DNA of 64,000 nt from Octopus sinensis (taxonomy: Eukaryota), in the NCBI RefSeq assembly GCF_006345805.1, contig NC_043006.1, positions 70,432,001 to 70,496,000 of the forward strand, written 5' to 3'. Shown in pieces: positions 37,455 through 50,200 of this stretch. A program made the position numbers and the translations under genes. The notes under the pieces are model-generated. The model was given only the letters and a program-made list of their open reading frames with translations, did no database searches and was not told the origin of the DNA. Position 1 is the stretch's first letter; each line of letters opens with the position of its first letter.

Positions 37455-37560
37455 TTTGATTCTCTCCAGCATAACGAAGCTGCATTTGAATCAAGAAGAA
37501 TGTGGTGTAGGCGAGCATGAAATCCCACACAGTCATGTGTCTGTGTTTGTTTATACGGGT
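37455..37560 (-). mobile_element. Possible LINE APE-endonuclease fragment; a similar one at 52290-52480(-)
   Basis: GDFNA-like motifs (GFHAR.. ; IGHFTAKSRSF) with frameshifts. Confidence 0.35.
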
Positions 37561-37706
37561 TGTTTTTGCTTCACACACATCACTGTCAGTATTGGGTCCT
37601 CTTCTGTATCCCTGCCACTTAAGAAGATGCCTGCCTGTTGTGAGGTTAACAGGTTTGAACCGACAGGTCAAGCAACGTTGATGAGAGGCTGATTCACTTT
37701 CTCCAG

Positions 37707-37753
37707 GGATGACATACAACTGTCTTCTTTCTTTCTTTCTTTCTTTCTTTCCT

Positions 37754-37823
<70 letters not shown>

Positions 37824-37905
37824 TTCTTTCTTTCTTTCTCTCTTTCTTTCTTTCTTTCTTTCTTTCTTTCCTTCTTTCCTTCTTTCTTTCTTTCTTTCTT
37901 TCTTA
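37707..37905. repeat. (CTTT)n microsatellite
   Basis: Directly visible. Confidence 0.98.
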
Positions 37906-38101
37906 ATCTCTCTCTCTCTCTCCTCCCTCTATCTTTCTTCTGCCTCTTTCTCTCTCTCCCTTACGCGTTCTATCTCTCCTTCTTCCTCTACACACACACA
38001 CACACACACACTCCCTCTCTCTCCACATGCATAAATGCAAACATGCACAAACACATAACATTCTCTCTCTCTCTCAATCCCTCCTTGCATTATATTCTGT
38101 T

Positions 38102-38143
<42 letters not shown>

Positions 38144-39788
38144 GTGTATGTTTGCATAATATGTTTGTATGTGTGTGTGTGTGTGTGTGTGTGTGCCCAT
38201 AAACTTTGTCTTTCAGTCCCTGCTAAAGCACCAATGATGAGAGGCGGTGAGAGGTGGTGAATGAACTGTGGAGGGAGCCTTCGGTGAGACGGGGATGGCG
38301 GTGGAGGTGACCATGTTTGTTAGTTAAGCAGATAATTCAATTACACAGTCTCAAATTCGATTCCCTGAACAAGCCACTCATATAGACGTAAACATGACTC
38401 AAGCCTGCTTAACCTCTGCATATATTAAAAAAAAAATTAGGGACTAGTAGGGGTAGTGCCCTCTGTGTGTGTGTGTGCTTTCCGCCAAAGCCAGAAATAA
38501 TCTTTTGGCAATGTTGTGTTATTGTTTAGATCTAGGTCAGTTCTGATCCAGCAGAGCTTATCATCAAAGACATTCCAGCTGTGACCATCCCATCTTTTGT
38601 TCAGGCGTTGTGTGTTTATGACTGCATTACCTGAAGTAGGTTTTTTTTTAACACACCCCACCAATGAATAATGTGTGTGCATGTACATGTATATAACTTC
38701 AATTAGTACATGTAGTATGTATATATGTATGCATATATATGTGTGTATGTGTATATCTACATTTGTCTGCATATATGTGTATTCATATGTACAAGTGTAT
38801 GTGTACACATGTGTGTATATGTATGTGTGTGTATACATGTGTACACATGTGTGTATATGTATGTGTGTTTATACATATATACAAGTGTATGCATGTGCAT
38901 ATATGTGTGTGTGTGTATGTATGCATATATGCATGAGTGTATGTATGTGTATTTATATGTGTGTATATGTTATATTTGTGCGGGTGTGTGTCTTTGTGAT
39001 AGTGTTTTTTTAAGACACAAAGGTGTGATTTGGAGAAGATTTGGCAGGTGGAGCATCCCACGTACACATAGAGGCCTCCTAGTGGCTGGTTGGTTGGTTG
39101 GCTGGCTGGCTAGTGTGGCACGGTGTGTTGATGTTTTTATGTGGTGTATATAGGCAGATAGGTAGGTCGGTGTGTGTGTGTGTGAAGTGCTATTTGATAG
39201 GCTGCATTGAGGTGTGGCTTGAGGTGAATCAGCAGAAGTACTTTTATTCTTCACCCAACATCCAAACACTGCAACCGCGATGGGCACTCATTCACCCACC
39301 CACCATAACCATCACACCCAGTCACCCCACTATTTGTCCCCTTGCACCCACTACTTCCACCAACTCCATACATCCCCATCCTTCTCCTCTACTCCGCTTA
39401 CATGCAGTGGCTGTTTATATATTTATATGTATTTGTGTATTCTGCAAGGATGAGTCACTCATTCAAGTATAGTCCTGCCTCCAAACACTGTTTAACGAAC
39501 ATTGAGCAACACTCAAACTTTTAGTGCTTTTAGTCGAGTCTGAGTGTAACACCCACCCTGGTTCTTTGGTTCCCTGGTTCTAATGCTGTGGTTTATTGAT
39601 CTGGGGTACAGGATGTAGTCAAGTGTAGAGGGCAGACATACTATTACTCATCGAGAAGAGGGCTTGGATTGGGGCACTTGAGATGTGTGTGTGTGTGTAT
39701 GTGTGTGTGTGTGTGTGGATATACAAATATGACGTGTTAGTCTTTTAATATACATATGCCCACACACATCTCTCTCTCATTCTCCCCC

Positions 39789-39821
<33 letters not shown>

Positions 39822-40177
39822 TCTTTTACTTGTTTCAGCCATTTGACTGTGGCCATTAGTTGAACAAATCAACCCCAGGACTTATTCTTTGTAAACCTAG
39901 TACTTATTCGATTGGTCTCTTTTGCCGAACCGCTAAGTTACGGGCACTTAAACACACCAATATCGGTTGTCAAGTGATGGTGGTGGGGAACAAACATATA
40001 TATGACGGGCTTCTTTCAGTTTCCGTTCACGAAATCCACTCACAAGGCTTTGGTCAGCCCGAGGTTGTAGTACAAGAAGCTTGCTCAAGGTGCAATGCAG
40101 TGGGACTGAACCTAGAACATTGTGGTTGGGAAGCAAGTTTCCTACCACACAGCCACACCAACACAGACACACTCATG

Positions 40178-40214
<37 letters not shown>

Positions 40215-40639
40215 TCATCATCGTTTAACATCCGCTTTCCATGCTGGCATGGGCGATTTGACTGAAGACTGGCAAACCAGATGTCTGCACCAGGCTCTAA
40301 TCTGATCTGGCAGAGTTTCTACAGCTTGATGCCCTTCCTAATGCCAACCACTCTGAGAGTGTAGTGGGTGCTTTTACATGCTACCAGCATGAAGGCCAGT
40401 CAGTATGAATATATATATATAAAATACAAAATGGGACAAGAACGCAAAACATCCATACAGTTAGGTAATACAAAAATGAGATAACAAAACATCCAGATAG
40501 ACAATACAAAGAAAACAAGGACGGATCATTCAAAGTTTTCTTTCCTTAGTCGAGTACCAGATTATCTTTGCAATTTCAGCTGATTATACTTGAGATTGCT
40601 CCAATCTGGCCAGCCCCAAGGAAAAACTAAGCTAAGAGC

Positions 40640-40682
<43 letters not shown>

Positions 40683-41089
40683 GTTGCATTGCTGTAAACA
40701 TGGCGTTTAGATTTGTTTCTGTGATATTTTTGGCAATAGTCTGTTTATTTCACTCTAGTTTTTTATTGAACCAAATCTGATAGACTAAAATCATGCATAC
40801 AAACACAAACACATGAATATATTCAAGAAAGTAGAATAGAATCTTCAGTATATATATTGAAATCTTTTTTGCATTGTCTGGAATATATACAATACAGAAA
40901 AGAGCTGAAAAATGTGTCAGAAGAATAAAAAAAAAAAACTTTTCTTAGTCCATAGAATCCCTCCATGTTGTAAGAAATCTTAACAAAAACAACTTGAATT
41001 AACAGTAAAGCAATTTAAAATCAACATGATGGTAAAATTAATATTGAAATAGACTCCTTAGAATAAGGAGAAATATTTCATATGTATAG

Positions 41090-41460
41090 GTGCATGCATA
41101 ACTGTGGTAAGAAGCTTGCTTCCCAACCACATGGTTCTAGGTTCAGTCCCATTGCATGGCACCTTAGGTGTTTTCCATTATAGCCTCAGACCAACCAAAG
41201 CCTTGTGAGTGGATTTGGTTGATGGAAACTGAAAGAAGCTCATTGTGTGTGTGTTTGTCTGTCACCGTCATTTGTTAGTTACTATTGGTGTATTTACATT
41301 GCCATAATTTAGTGGTTCGGTAAAAGAGACTGATAGAATAAGTATCAAGTTTACAAAAAAAAGTAAAATAAGTCCTGGGGTTGGTTCATTTGACTAAACA
41401 TTCTTGAAAGTGGTGCCCCAGCATGACCACACTCTAATGAGTGAAACAAGTAAAAGATAC
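41090..41460 (+). mobile_element. SINE-A; further plus-strand pieces 41620-41780, 50540-50760 and full copy 61257-61745
   Basis: SINE-A consensus. Confidence 0.88.
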
Positions 41461-41776
41461 AGATTTGGAAAGAATTCAATGCAAAAAAACAAAAAAAAAA
41501 AAAAACAGAATTCTAGGGCATAGACGATGCATGGGTGTCAGATGCACTCCAATTCAACAGCACATATGCAAGGAAAGAGGTTTTTAATGCATTAAAGCAT
41601 GTAATATTGAAAGCAACTACAGGCTTAGCTGTGTGGTAAGAACCTTGCTTCCTAACCACGTGGTTCTAGGTTCAGTTCTACTGCATGGCACCTTGGGCAA
41701 GTGTCTTCTACTATAGCCTCAGGCCAACCAAAGCCTTGTAAGTAGATCTGGTTGAAGGAAAATGAAAGAAGCCTGT

Positions 41777-41834
<58 letters not shown>

Positions 41835-41913
41835 CATACACACATACATACATACATATATATAATTGTTCAAGAGGACAACAAACATTAAGGCAAGGCA
41901 AACATCTCATTTT

Positions 41914-42153
41914 GTACATTATTTACATTTGATGGATATTTGTCCTCATCTCATTTGTTGTTACCACAATGTTTCAGCTGATATACCCTCCAGCTTTCAT
42001 CAGGTGTCTTGGGGAAATTTCGAACCTGGGTTCTCATTCCTAAGGTATTTTTCGATGTTATTATTATTATTATTATTATTATTCAGGTCACTGCCTGGAA
42101 TCGAACTCGGAATCGTGGGGTTAGTAGCCCGCGCTCTTAACTACTACGCCATA
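41914..42153 (-). mobile_element. Full-length tRNA-headed SINE with (AAT)n linker and hammerhead-bearing Penelope-like tail
   Basis: Minus strand: A-box TGGCGTAGTAG (42141-42151), B-box AGTTCGATTCC (42097-42107), (AAT)n, then GACAC-CTGATGA-A-AGCTG..CAGCT-GAAAC-ATT-GTGGT (41963-42008). Confidence 0.85.
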
Positions 42154-43082
42154 TGACTGTATTGCAAGTCCTATTTGAGATGTTTGCCTTGCTTTATGTT
42201 TGTTGTCCTCTTTGACAATTGTGTATCTGCTGCATTGGAAATCTGCAATGGCTCCATAACTACCATCTCGGCTATAACCTTGGAGCCCTAGTGATCTGTT
42301 ACAGCACTTATCTAGTGTATCTAATCGCTTAGATTACCCGTGATCTAAACTACCATACTTTGTACACACACACATTTATATTTATCTGTGTGTCTTTGTG
42401 TCTGTTTGTCCCCCACCACAGCTTGGCATCTGGTGTTGGTATGTTTACATCCCCAAAACATAACAGTTCAGCAAAAGAGACCAACAAATTGAGTTTCAGG
42501 CATATAAAAAAAATAGTACAGTGGTCGATATTGTCCAACTAAACCCTTCGAAGCAGTGCCCTGGCATGGCCACAGTCCTAAAATGAAAGCAAGCAAAAGA
42601 TAAAGAATTCATTAGAATACTCTTTTACTCTTTTACTTGTTTCAGTCATTTGACTGCAGCCATGCTGGAGCACCGCCTTTAGTCGAGCAAATCGACCCCG
42701 GGACTTATTCTTTGTAAGCCCAGTACTTATTCTATCGGTCTCTTTTGCCGAACCGCTAAGTGACGGGGACGTAAACACACCAGCATCGGTTGTCAAGCAA
42801 TGCTAGAGGGACAAACACAGACACACAAACATATACATACACATACATACATATATATACATATATACGACAGGCTTCTTTCAGTTTCCATCTACAAAAT
42901 CTACTCAAGGCATTGGTCGACCCGAGGCTATAGCAGAAGACACTTGCCCAAGATGCCACGCAGTGGGACTGAACCCAGAACCATGTGGTTGGTAGGCAAG
43001 CTACTTACCACACAGCCACTCTTGCGTCTATAGGAACTTTACTGAAATATTTCGTGACAGGCCTTGATTCTTCAAGGCCTCA

Positions 43083-43115
<33 letters not shown>

Positions 43116-43966
43116 GCAAAAATAGTGTTATCAAGAAAAGTCACATAATCAATTTAAAGACAAAGTCTTCAGCAATGCAATAATGTTAATACCTAGTCAT
43201 AGATACGAGCCCCAGCAAACATTGTACAGTCCCAAACCACAACTAACAAGTTAAACCCCACTCAGTAATATTTTTTCTACTCTACGCACAAGGCCAAAAA
43301 GTTTTGGGGGAGGGGGCCAGTCAATTAGATCGACTCCAGTGCACAACTGGTACTTAATTTATCAACCCGAAAGTATGAAAGGCAATGTCGACCATGGTGG
43401 AATTTGTACTTAGAATGTAAAGACAGATGAAATACTGCTAAGTATTTCGCCCAGTGTGCTAACGATTCTGCCAGCTTGCTGCTTTGCTCCACCCCCACTC
43501 AGTAATTTAACAACATTGAATTGTCTTTTGGCTGACCCTGCAATGATCATAAATTTTGACTGTTATTTAGCCCTAGGTCATTACCAAATCCGACAGACTT
43601 AAGACTAAAAATATTCCAGCTGTGACCATCTAGTCAGATATAATATACTTCAGGCTTACATTTTGCAATGTCATTCTTTTTAAAATACTCTTTTATATGG
43701 TTGGAAGATGATTTGGTTGCTGTTTTTAGCAGGTCAAAAGTCTATATTGTGGCCCTTTCTCTCCCATTAGCTCAAGTATAAATCATCATCATCATCATCA
43801 CCATCATTTAATATCCGCTTTTTCATGCTTGCATGGGTTGGATAGAATTTATTGAGGCAGATTTTTTTATGGCTTGATGCCTTTCTTGTTGCCAACCCTC
43901 ACCTATTTCCAAGCAAAGCATTATTTCCCTATAGCCAGACATGTTTATCACTGAGACTGGAAATGG

Positions 43967-44002
<36 letters not shown>

Positions 44003-45635
44003 CACACACACACAGTGGGCTTTCACACAGCTTCTGTCTCCAAATCCATTCACAAGGCTTTGATCGGCCCAGGGCTATAGTAGAAGACACTTGCCCAAGG
44101 TACGATGCAATGGGACTGAATCCCAGGCTGCATGGTTGGGAAAGCCATGCCTTGCAGAATGTTATTGTTTTGTTTTATCCCAAAGTTTGCTTTAATCCAG
44201 CAGATCCATGAAATAATTTATTATGGTAGCAGGGTGTAATTTCAATCCATGGAAAAAAATACAACATTAAATGGTGACAATGATGATGATGATCATGATG
44301 ATTTAGCTGTTATTTTTAGAAGGCTGAGTGGCTGTATAACTTCTCTTTCACTTGAACTCATTACTATATTATTGTTGTTGTTGTTCTGACCATGTGTGTT
44401 TTAGATGTTGTTGTTGTTATCATCAACACGCTACATCCAACGGTTGAGTCATTCTCTTTTATGATCAATGAAATTATTATTATCCTCCACCTATAGACAA
44501 CATCTATCCCAAAGTCATTCACACCTTCCACTCTGTGATATAACACAGCGGGTGGGGTGTAATATCTCAGAGATTTCCCTTGGATAGGGTTGGAAATGAT
44601 TAAAACAAAGATATTTCTATTGTGAAGTCATGTTTAATACATCATCCCTCCGCTCACACAACACACACACACGCATACACAATTATACACAAACTCACAC
44701 ACGCACACATGTGCACACACACACGCATGCACACATACGCACAAACTCACACATACACACACAAAGAAACACTCCTCCCTTTTTTTGTACCTGCCTACTC
44801 GTTACTTACTACCTTGTCATTCACCTTCTCGCCCGCCCCTCCCCGCAATGCTTGTATGTGTATATAAATCTGTGTATTTAAGTGTGTTTATATGTACTTA
44901 TATGTCTGTGTATCCTGGTGAGTGTATGAATGTATGTGTGTATATTCGTTTACATAATTAACCTATATTTGATATCAATTTAAGGCAGTGAGCTGGCCGA
45001 ATCGTTAGCACATTGGACAAAATGCTTAGCAGCATTTCTTCCAGCTCTCTAAGTTCTGAGTTCAAATTCTGCCAAGGTCAACTTTGTCTTTCATCTCTTT
45101 CGAGGGCCAATAAAACAAAGTACTTGTCCCCTCCCTCAAAACCTTGCAATGGACCAGCATCCTGTTCAGAGGATTGTTGTGTTTTTGGTCACTTACATCA
45201 TGGAAATTAGGTAACTGTCCTTCTGAGTCTTCTCTCTACCACACTACACATGATTCCTCTTATAGTCAGTTTTTCCCTCAATTCACTCGTGTTCTATCAA
45301 TCATGAAGATTAACATTACACATCCAGTTGTGCACTTCATTTCTTTCCTGCTTTTGTAAATTTTCCACATTCTTGTCATCTAGCATAAAGTTACCTCCTT
45401 CTGTACTGTAGCCCTACTCAGTAGATCTTTAGTCTTACAAGATAATGAATGGTGACCTCACTTGTGCTGGTGTCACAAGGAAAGTACCCAGTACAAACTG
45501 TTAAGTGGTTGGCATTAGAAACGGTGTCCAGCTGTATAAACCATGCAAAGTGAATTTCTGAGCATGACACAGTCCTTCAGCACATCAGATTCTGTCCAAT
45601 CATCCAACGCCTGTTTTCTATGCTGACATGGAGAA

Positions 45636-45800
45636 CATGTTAGATATAGATTTATGTCCATATCCACAACAAACAAATCAACATGTGACTGCTGATGCAT
45701 GGTGCTAATGATCAAAAGAACTGATGCAAATGTTAAGATATGGATTTATGTCCATATCCACAACAAACAAATCATGGTGCTAATGATCAAAAGAGCTGAC
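45636..45800. repeat. Local tandem duplication (about 95-bp unit, second copy internally deleted)
   Basis: atttatgtccatatccacaacaaacaaatca and atggtgctaatgatcaaaaga each occur twice. Confidence 0.9.
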
Positions 45801-46324
45801 TTGCACGTAATCAGTGTATAAGAAGCAATACAAATATATTCGCTTCAATTCCTGATAATGAGGCTGTGAAGGTCTAGAAATGTCATGGATTTAAGAAATA
45901 CTTTTCCAAACCATTTGTAAAACACTAATAAAAAATATAAAGAATATAAAAAAGATAAAACTTGAGCATATTTGCATATTTACTGAAATACATATGTATG
46001 CAAGTATAAATATATATATGTCAGTGTATATACATGTATATAAATATGTGTGTGTATGTGTATGTATAGGATATTGTTTGTATGAGCGAGGTTTACAAAA
46101 ACAAAGTAAATACTATGTATTGTATTCTTTATTAATTAATATGTTGACAAAATTTAATTCTAGTTTGATTCTAGGGCAAACCTGGGCCCAAGATATATAA
46201 TTAAAAATACACTTTAAGTACAGGATATCACCAACGAGTGAAAAATACGTAATACACAGAGATAAGTACAAGACAAAATACCAAAGGAAGATAACTCCTC
46301 TTTAGTTGTCGAATATATATACAT

Positions 46325-46357
<33 letters not shown>

Positions 46358-46369
46358 TATAATTATATA

Positions 46370-47246
46370 CAGGGTACAGTGAATAAACTGTCATCTAAAT
46401 TACGCAAAAATGAAAATAACACTAACATTTCATTGATGTTATATAGCAGATGTATTTAACAAAATTACATAAACAATATCTGGAAATACGAAATAGTAAA
46501 TTTATTCAATAAAATCGTCATTGGCTTCAATTACAGCTTCCAGATGACTTCAGAGCCTCCTACAACTTTTCTGGATGGTCTCCATATTTAAGTTGGTGAA
46601 TGCTGCCATAATCCTTGCCTTCAGTTCATCTTTGGTGTTACAAGGAGTTTTGTTGGCCTCTTGCTCAACTGTGCCCCACACGTAATAATCAAGGAAGCTG
46701 CAGTCTGGGGAGTTAGGTGGCTAGATGTTAAAGGTGATGTGGAAATTGTCTGACAGCCATGACTAGGTTCTCCTGCTTGTGTGGCATGGTGCAGAATCCT
46801 GTTGCTAGACATAGGGTGTTCCAGCAGCCACCCTCTTGACACAGGGCAGCATTACCACCTCCAGGCACTTGATGTAGGCCTCTGTGTTGAGTCTGAGGCT
46901 GTGTGGGAAGATGAATGGAGGCATAACATCACCATCACTAGTGATTACTCCAAACATCACGATGTTGACTGGATGTTTGATTTTTATCAAACATCCAGTA
47001 CATATCCTCAAATTGACACCCAAACACTCTGAAATGTTGGTATTGGAACTTCTGGTATGATGCCAAGCAGTACATCATGTCATTTCCAAATTTCTGACAG
47101 TGTGGATTGCGTCATGGTGCTGTTCTTCTTACAGACAGTGCCCAACTGACCCTACTATACTGTGTAGTTGACAAAATCAAAAACAAACAATGTGCGTGTG
47201 TGAAAGTAAAAATATAAAATGGTGACAATTTACCCATCGCAACCTA
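46370..47246 (-). mobile_element. Degenerate maT (DD37D-type) Tc1/mariner transposon
   Basis: TA-flanked imperfect TIRs; minus strand VMFGVITSDGDVMPPFIF..YV*QQDSAPCHTS..I*PPNSPDCSFLDYYVW. The D-D gap is 35 residues here, presumably after a 2-codon deletion. Confidence 0.8.
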
Positions 47247-50200
47247 TATATAATATGAATTTAATGTTTGCATGGTTGTATGTCTGTTTTTCATTACAAA
47301 TTATCCAAGCTATCCCATAATTCCGTCTATCCTTTGTCTATAATTTAATACCTATCTCTATTATTCCCACTGTTCACAGACCATACTAACAAACTGCTAC
47401 ACTGATATATTTATTTGGCCATTGTCATTCAACTGGACATATTTATGTTGGTTTTGTCTTTGGACTGCTTTAAGGCCAGATTCATTATTAGAGTGGTAAC
47501 AGTGCAGCATCTCTCTCTCTCTCTCTCTCACGCACACATACACACACATGCACAAAGGCATACAGTCATACACCTTTCACAGTATGTCTGTCTTGTCTTC
47601 TCTCTGCTTATCTCTCCTCTGTATATCCAACCGTTTGTTTTTCTGACTTTCTACCTATCTATCATATCTGTTGTATATCTCGTTATCTCTCTCCATATGT
47701 CTTTCTATCTCTGTCTGTGTTCATCTGTTTCTGTATTTGTCTGGATGTTTGTCTGCCCAGCTATTTGTCTACTTCTCTCACACTTTCCTCCTCTATCACC
47801 CTCACATCTATCTGTGTGTGTGTTTGTGTGTGTGTATATATATATATATATATACATACATATATATATAGGTGAGAGAGTTGGTATGTGAAAGACTTGG
47901 TATATATATATATATATATATACTTATGTATGTATGTAGAGAATCATGTGTTATATTGAAACCATGAATCAGATCACGAACATGAATGGATTGAGAAATA
48001 AAATAGTTCTGAGAGGGGAAAGTTAAGACTGATTGTTTTAATAAGGAGACACAAGGTGTGTGGTGTGTGTGGGGGTGCGGTTGAGCTTTATAAATGTCGG
48101 ACAAAAGATCTTTTCTCCAATTTCATCTCAAGAAACACTTTTGTGTATACAAAATATTGTTTATATAATATATATATATATACACGCACACACACACACA
48201 TATATATATCCAGCTTACAGATATATATATATATATACGTATATATCAACATCTGTCTATCTATCTATTTATCTGTTTGTCAGTACATGCATGTGTGTGT
48301 GTTTGTATGTGTGTTCATTTGTTTGTTTCATGTCTTTTTCTATCCTGGCATGGATTAAGTAGATATTATTGCAGTATTATCTTTTACAACTGGATGTCCT
48401 CCTTGTCCACTGATCCTCACCTGCGCATACACACTACCCTGTCCACTCCTACACTACAGCCCTTCTGCACACCTTGCTGTCAAATATCTACCAACATGGA
48501 AACACACACATACTCTCACTTTCTTTCTCTCTCTCTCTCTCTTTCTTACCACTCCCCACACATATAAAAGAAATGTATATATCACCAACCACACTGTCAA
48601 AGGTACACATGTGAGCTAATGTGTGTGCCTCTCTCTGGGTGCGTGAGCTATTAGAAACAGTAGCCAAATCTTCCTCAAATCATGCCCTGTCTACAAAATC
48701 AAACATGGCCACATTGGATAACATCACTGATCTGCAGATGTTGTGCTTGATTCTTGTAGAAACACAGTGATTCCAATGAAGCAGTTGTCCAGGCTCATCT
48801 TTTCTCTGTTGAGCTTCCATTTAGTCATAGGTCCTTTTATTCTAGTAATTTCTTCCTTCAAACTGATCTCTAAAACTCATTACCATCATCTTGTTTTCCT
48901 CTGGTCTACGGTATTCAAACCTTTAACCCTTTAGCAATTAAACCAGCCATATCTGACCTAAATAGTCATCATCATCATCATTGTCGTTCAACTGACTGGG
49001 GGCTGGCAAGCCAGAAGGCTGCACCAGGCTCCAATCCGATCTGGTAAAGTTTCTACAGCTAGATGTCCTTTTTAACACCAACCACTCCAGGAGTGTAGTG
49101 GGTGCTTTTTACATGTCACTGGCATGAGGGCCATAGAGGTGGTACTGGCATCGGCCATGCTTGAATGGTGCTTTTTACTTGCCACCAGCACGGGACCAGT
49201 CAGCCGGCACAATGTTCAAACTAGCCAGGTATGGCCTCTCATACCTACCCTACGATCTCATTCTAATCATAAACAATCACATCATCAAAATCCCAAAGTT
49301 ACAAGCTAATCCATGGTAAATCTAAGACAGGGGCCTAAAATGCTGCTGAAACAGCCCTGTGTATGGGCTTGTGGTTGGAGAGAAGATCTCTGATGTTTGA
49401 GGTGAGGTAACATTGGCCAAGGGAAATATAAAAGGGGATGGTACATGAATAGGTCACAGATGTCCCTAAACAAGAGGCTGGTCTAGATGCTTGCAACAAA
49501 CGAACTTTGCTAAAAGTGCCCAAGGGCCAAGTGGTGATATTAAACTGGGCAATGTGGTGCACTGAGCACTAAAAAAAAAATAAAAAAATTGGAAGATACC
49601 CTAGAAGGGGGCTACATTAGATGTTAGAAACAGCAACAGAAAAATGAGGGGGAAAAGTAAAAATAAACTGAAATAATTATAGTTGGAACACCTTTCTGTT
49701 ATCTTGGAGTTCAACAACTCACAGACACATGAAAGGTCAAAATGTAAGTGGTACTCTTAAGAAAACAGTAAATCAGAAGTCCTCTCCATGGTCAGTGTCA
49801 GTACCTGAACAGAACTGTTGTTTTAATTACAGAAGTAATTAACAACAGCTCCGTAATTATATATTATATTATCGTCTTACAATCGGTGTTATTGTTTAGC
49901 TTCAATTTAGTCCTGATCCAGCTATCCTTGGGTCAAATGTGTCCAACCTGCAACCATCCCATCTAGTTTTAGGTACTGTATATCTAGGGCTACACTTATT
50001 GATATGTACTTCCCTTTTTAAGTTAGTGATGTGTGATTTGAAGGAGATTTGGCTGTTATTTCTAGCAGGCTGAGTGACCACCATAGAAGCTCATTTGCTG
50101 TCTCATCAACCTAGAATACTATTGTTGTTTAACCCCAGAGCTTTCCTAATGAAGTAGATTTATGATCAAATACAATCCATCTATGACCGTCCCATCTATT

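Noticed and set aside
40530-40625. Minus-strand hairpin CCAGATT..GAAATTGC..AATCTGG resembling a hammerhead
   Set aside because: No CUGANGA core; at best an unclassified repeat end.
42085-42153. Functional tRNA gene
   Set aside because: A and B boxes are present but there is no proper acceptor stem, and it is fused to a repeat tail; this and similar heads are SINE-derived.
47380-47495. Possible + strand exon TILTNCYTDIFIWPLSF..
   Set aside because: Moderate acceptor, weak donor, phase incompatible with the better-supported exons.
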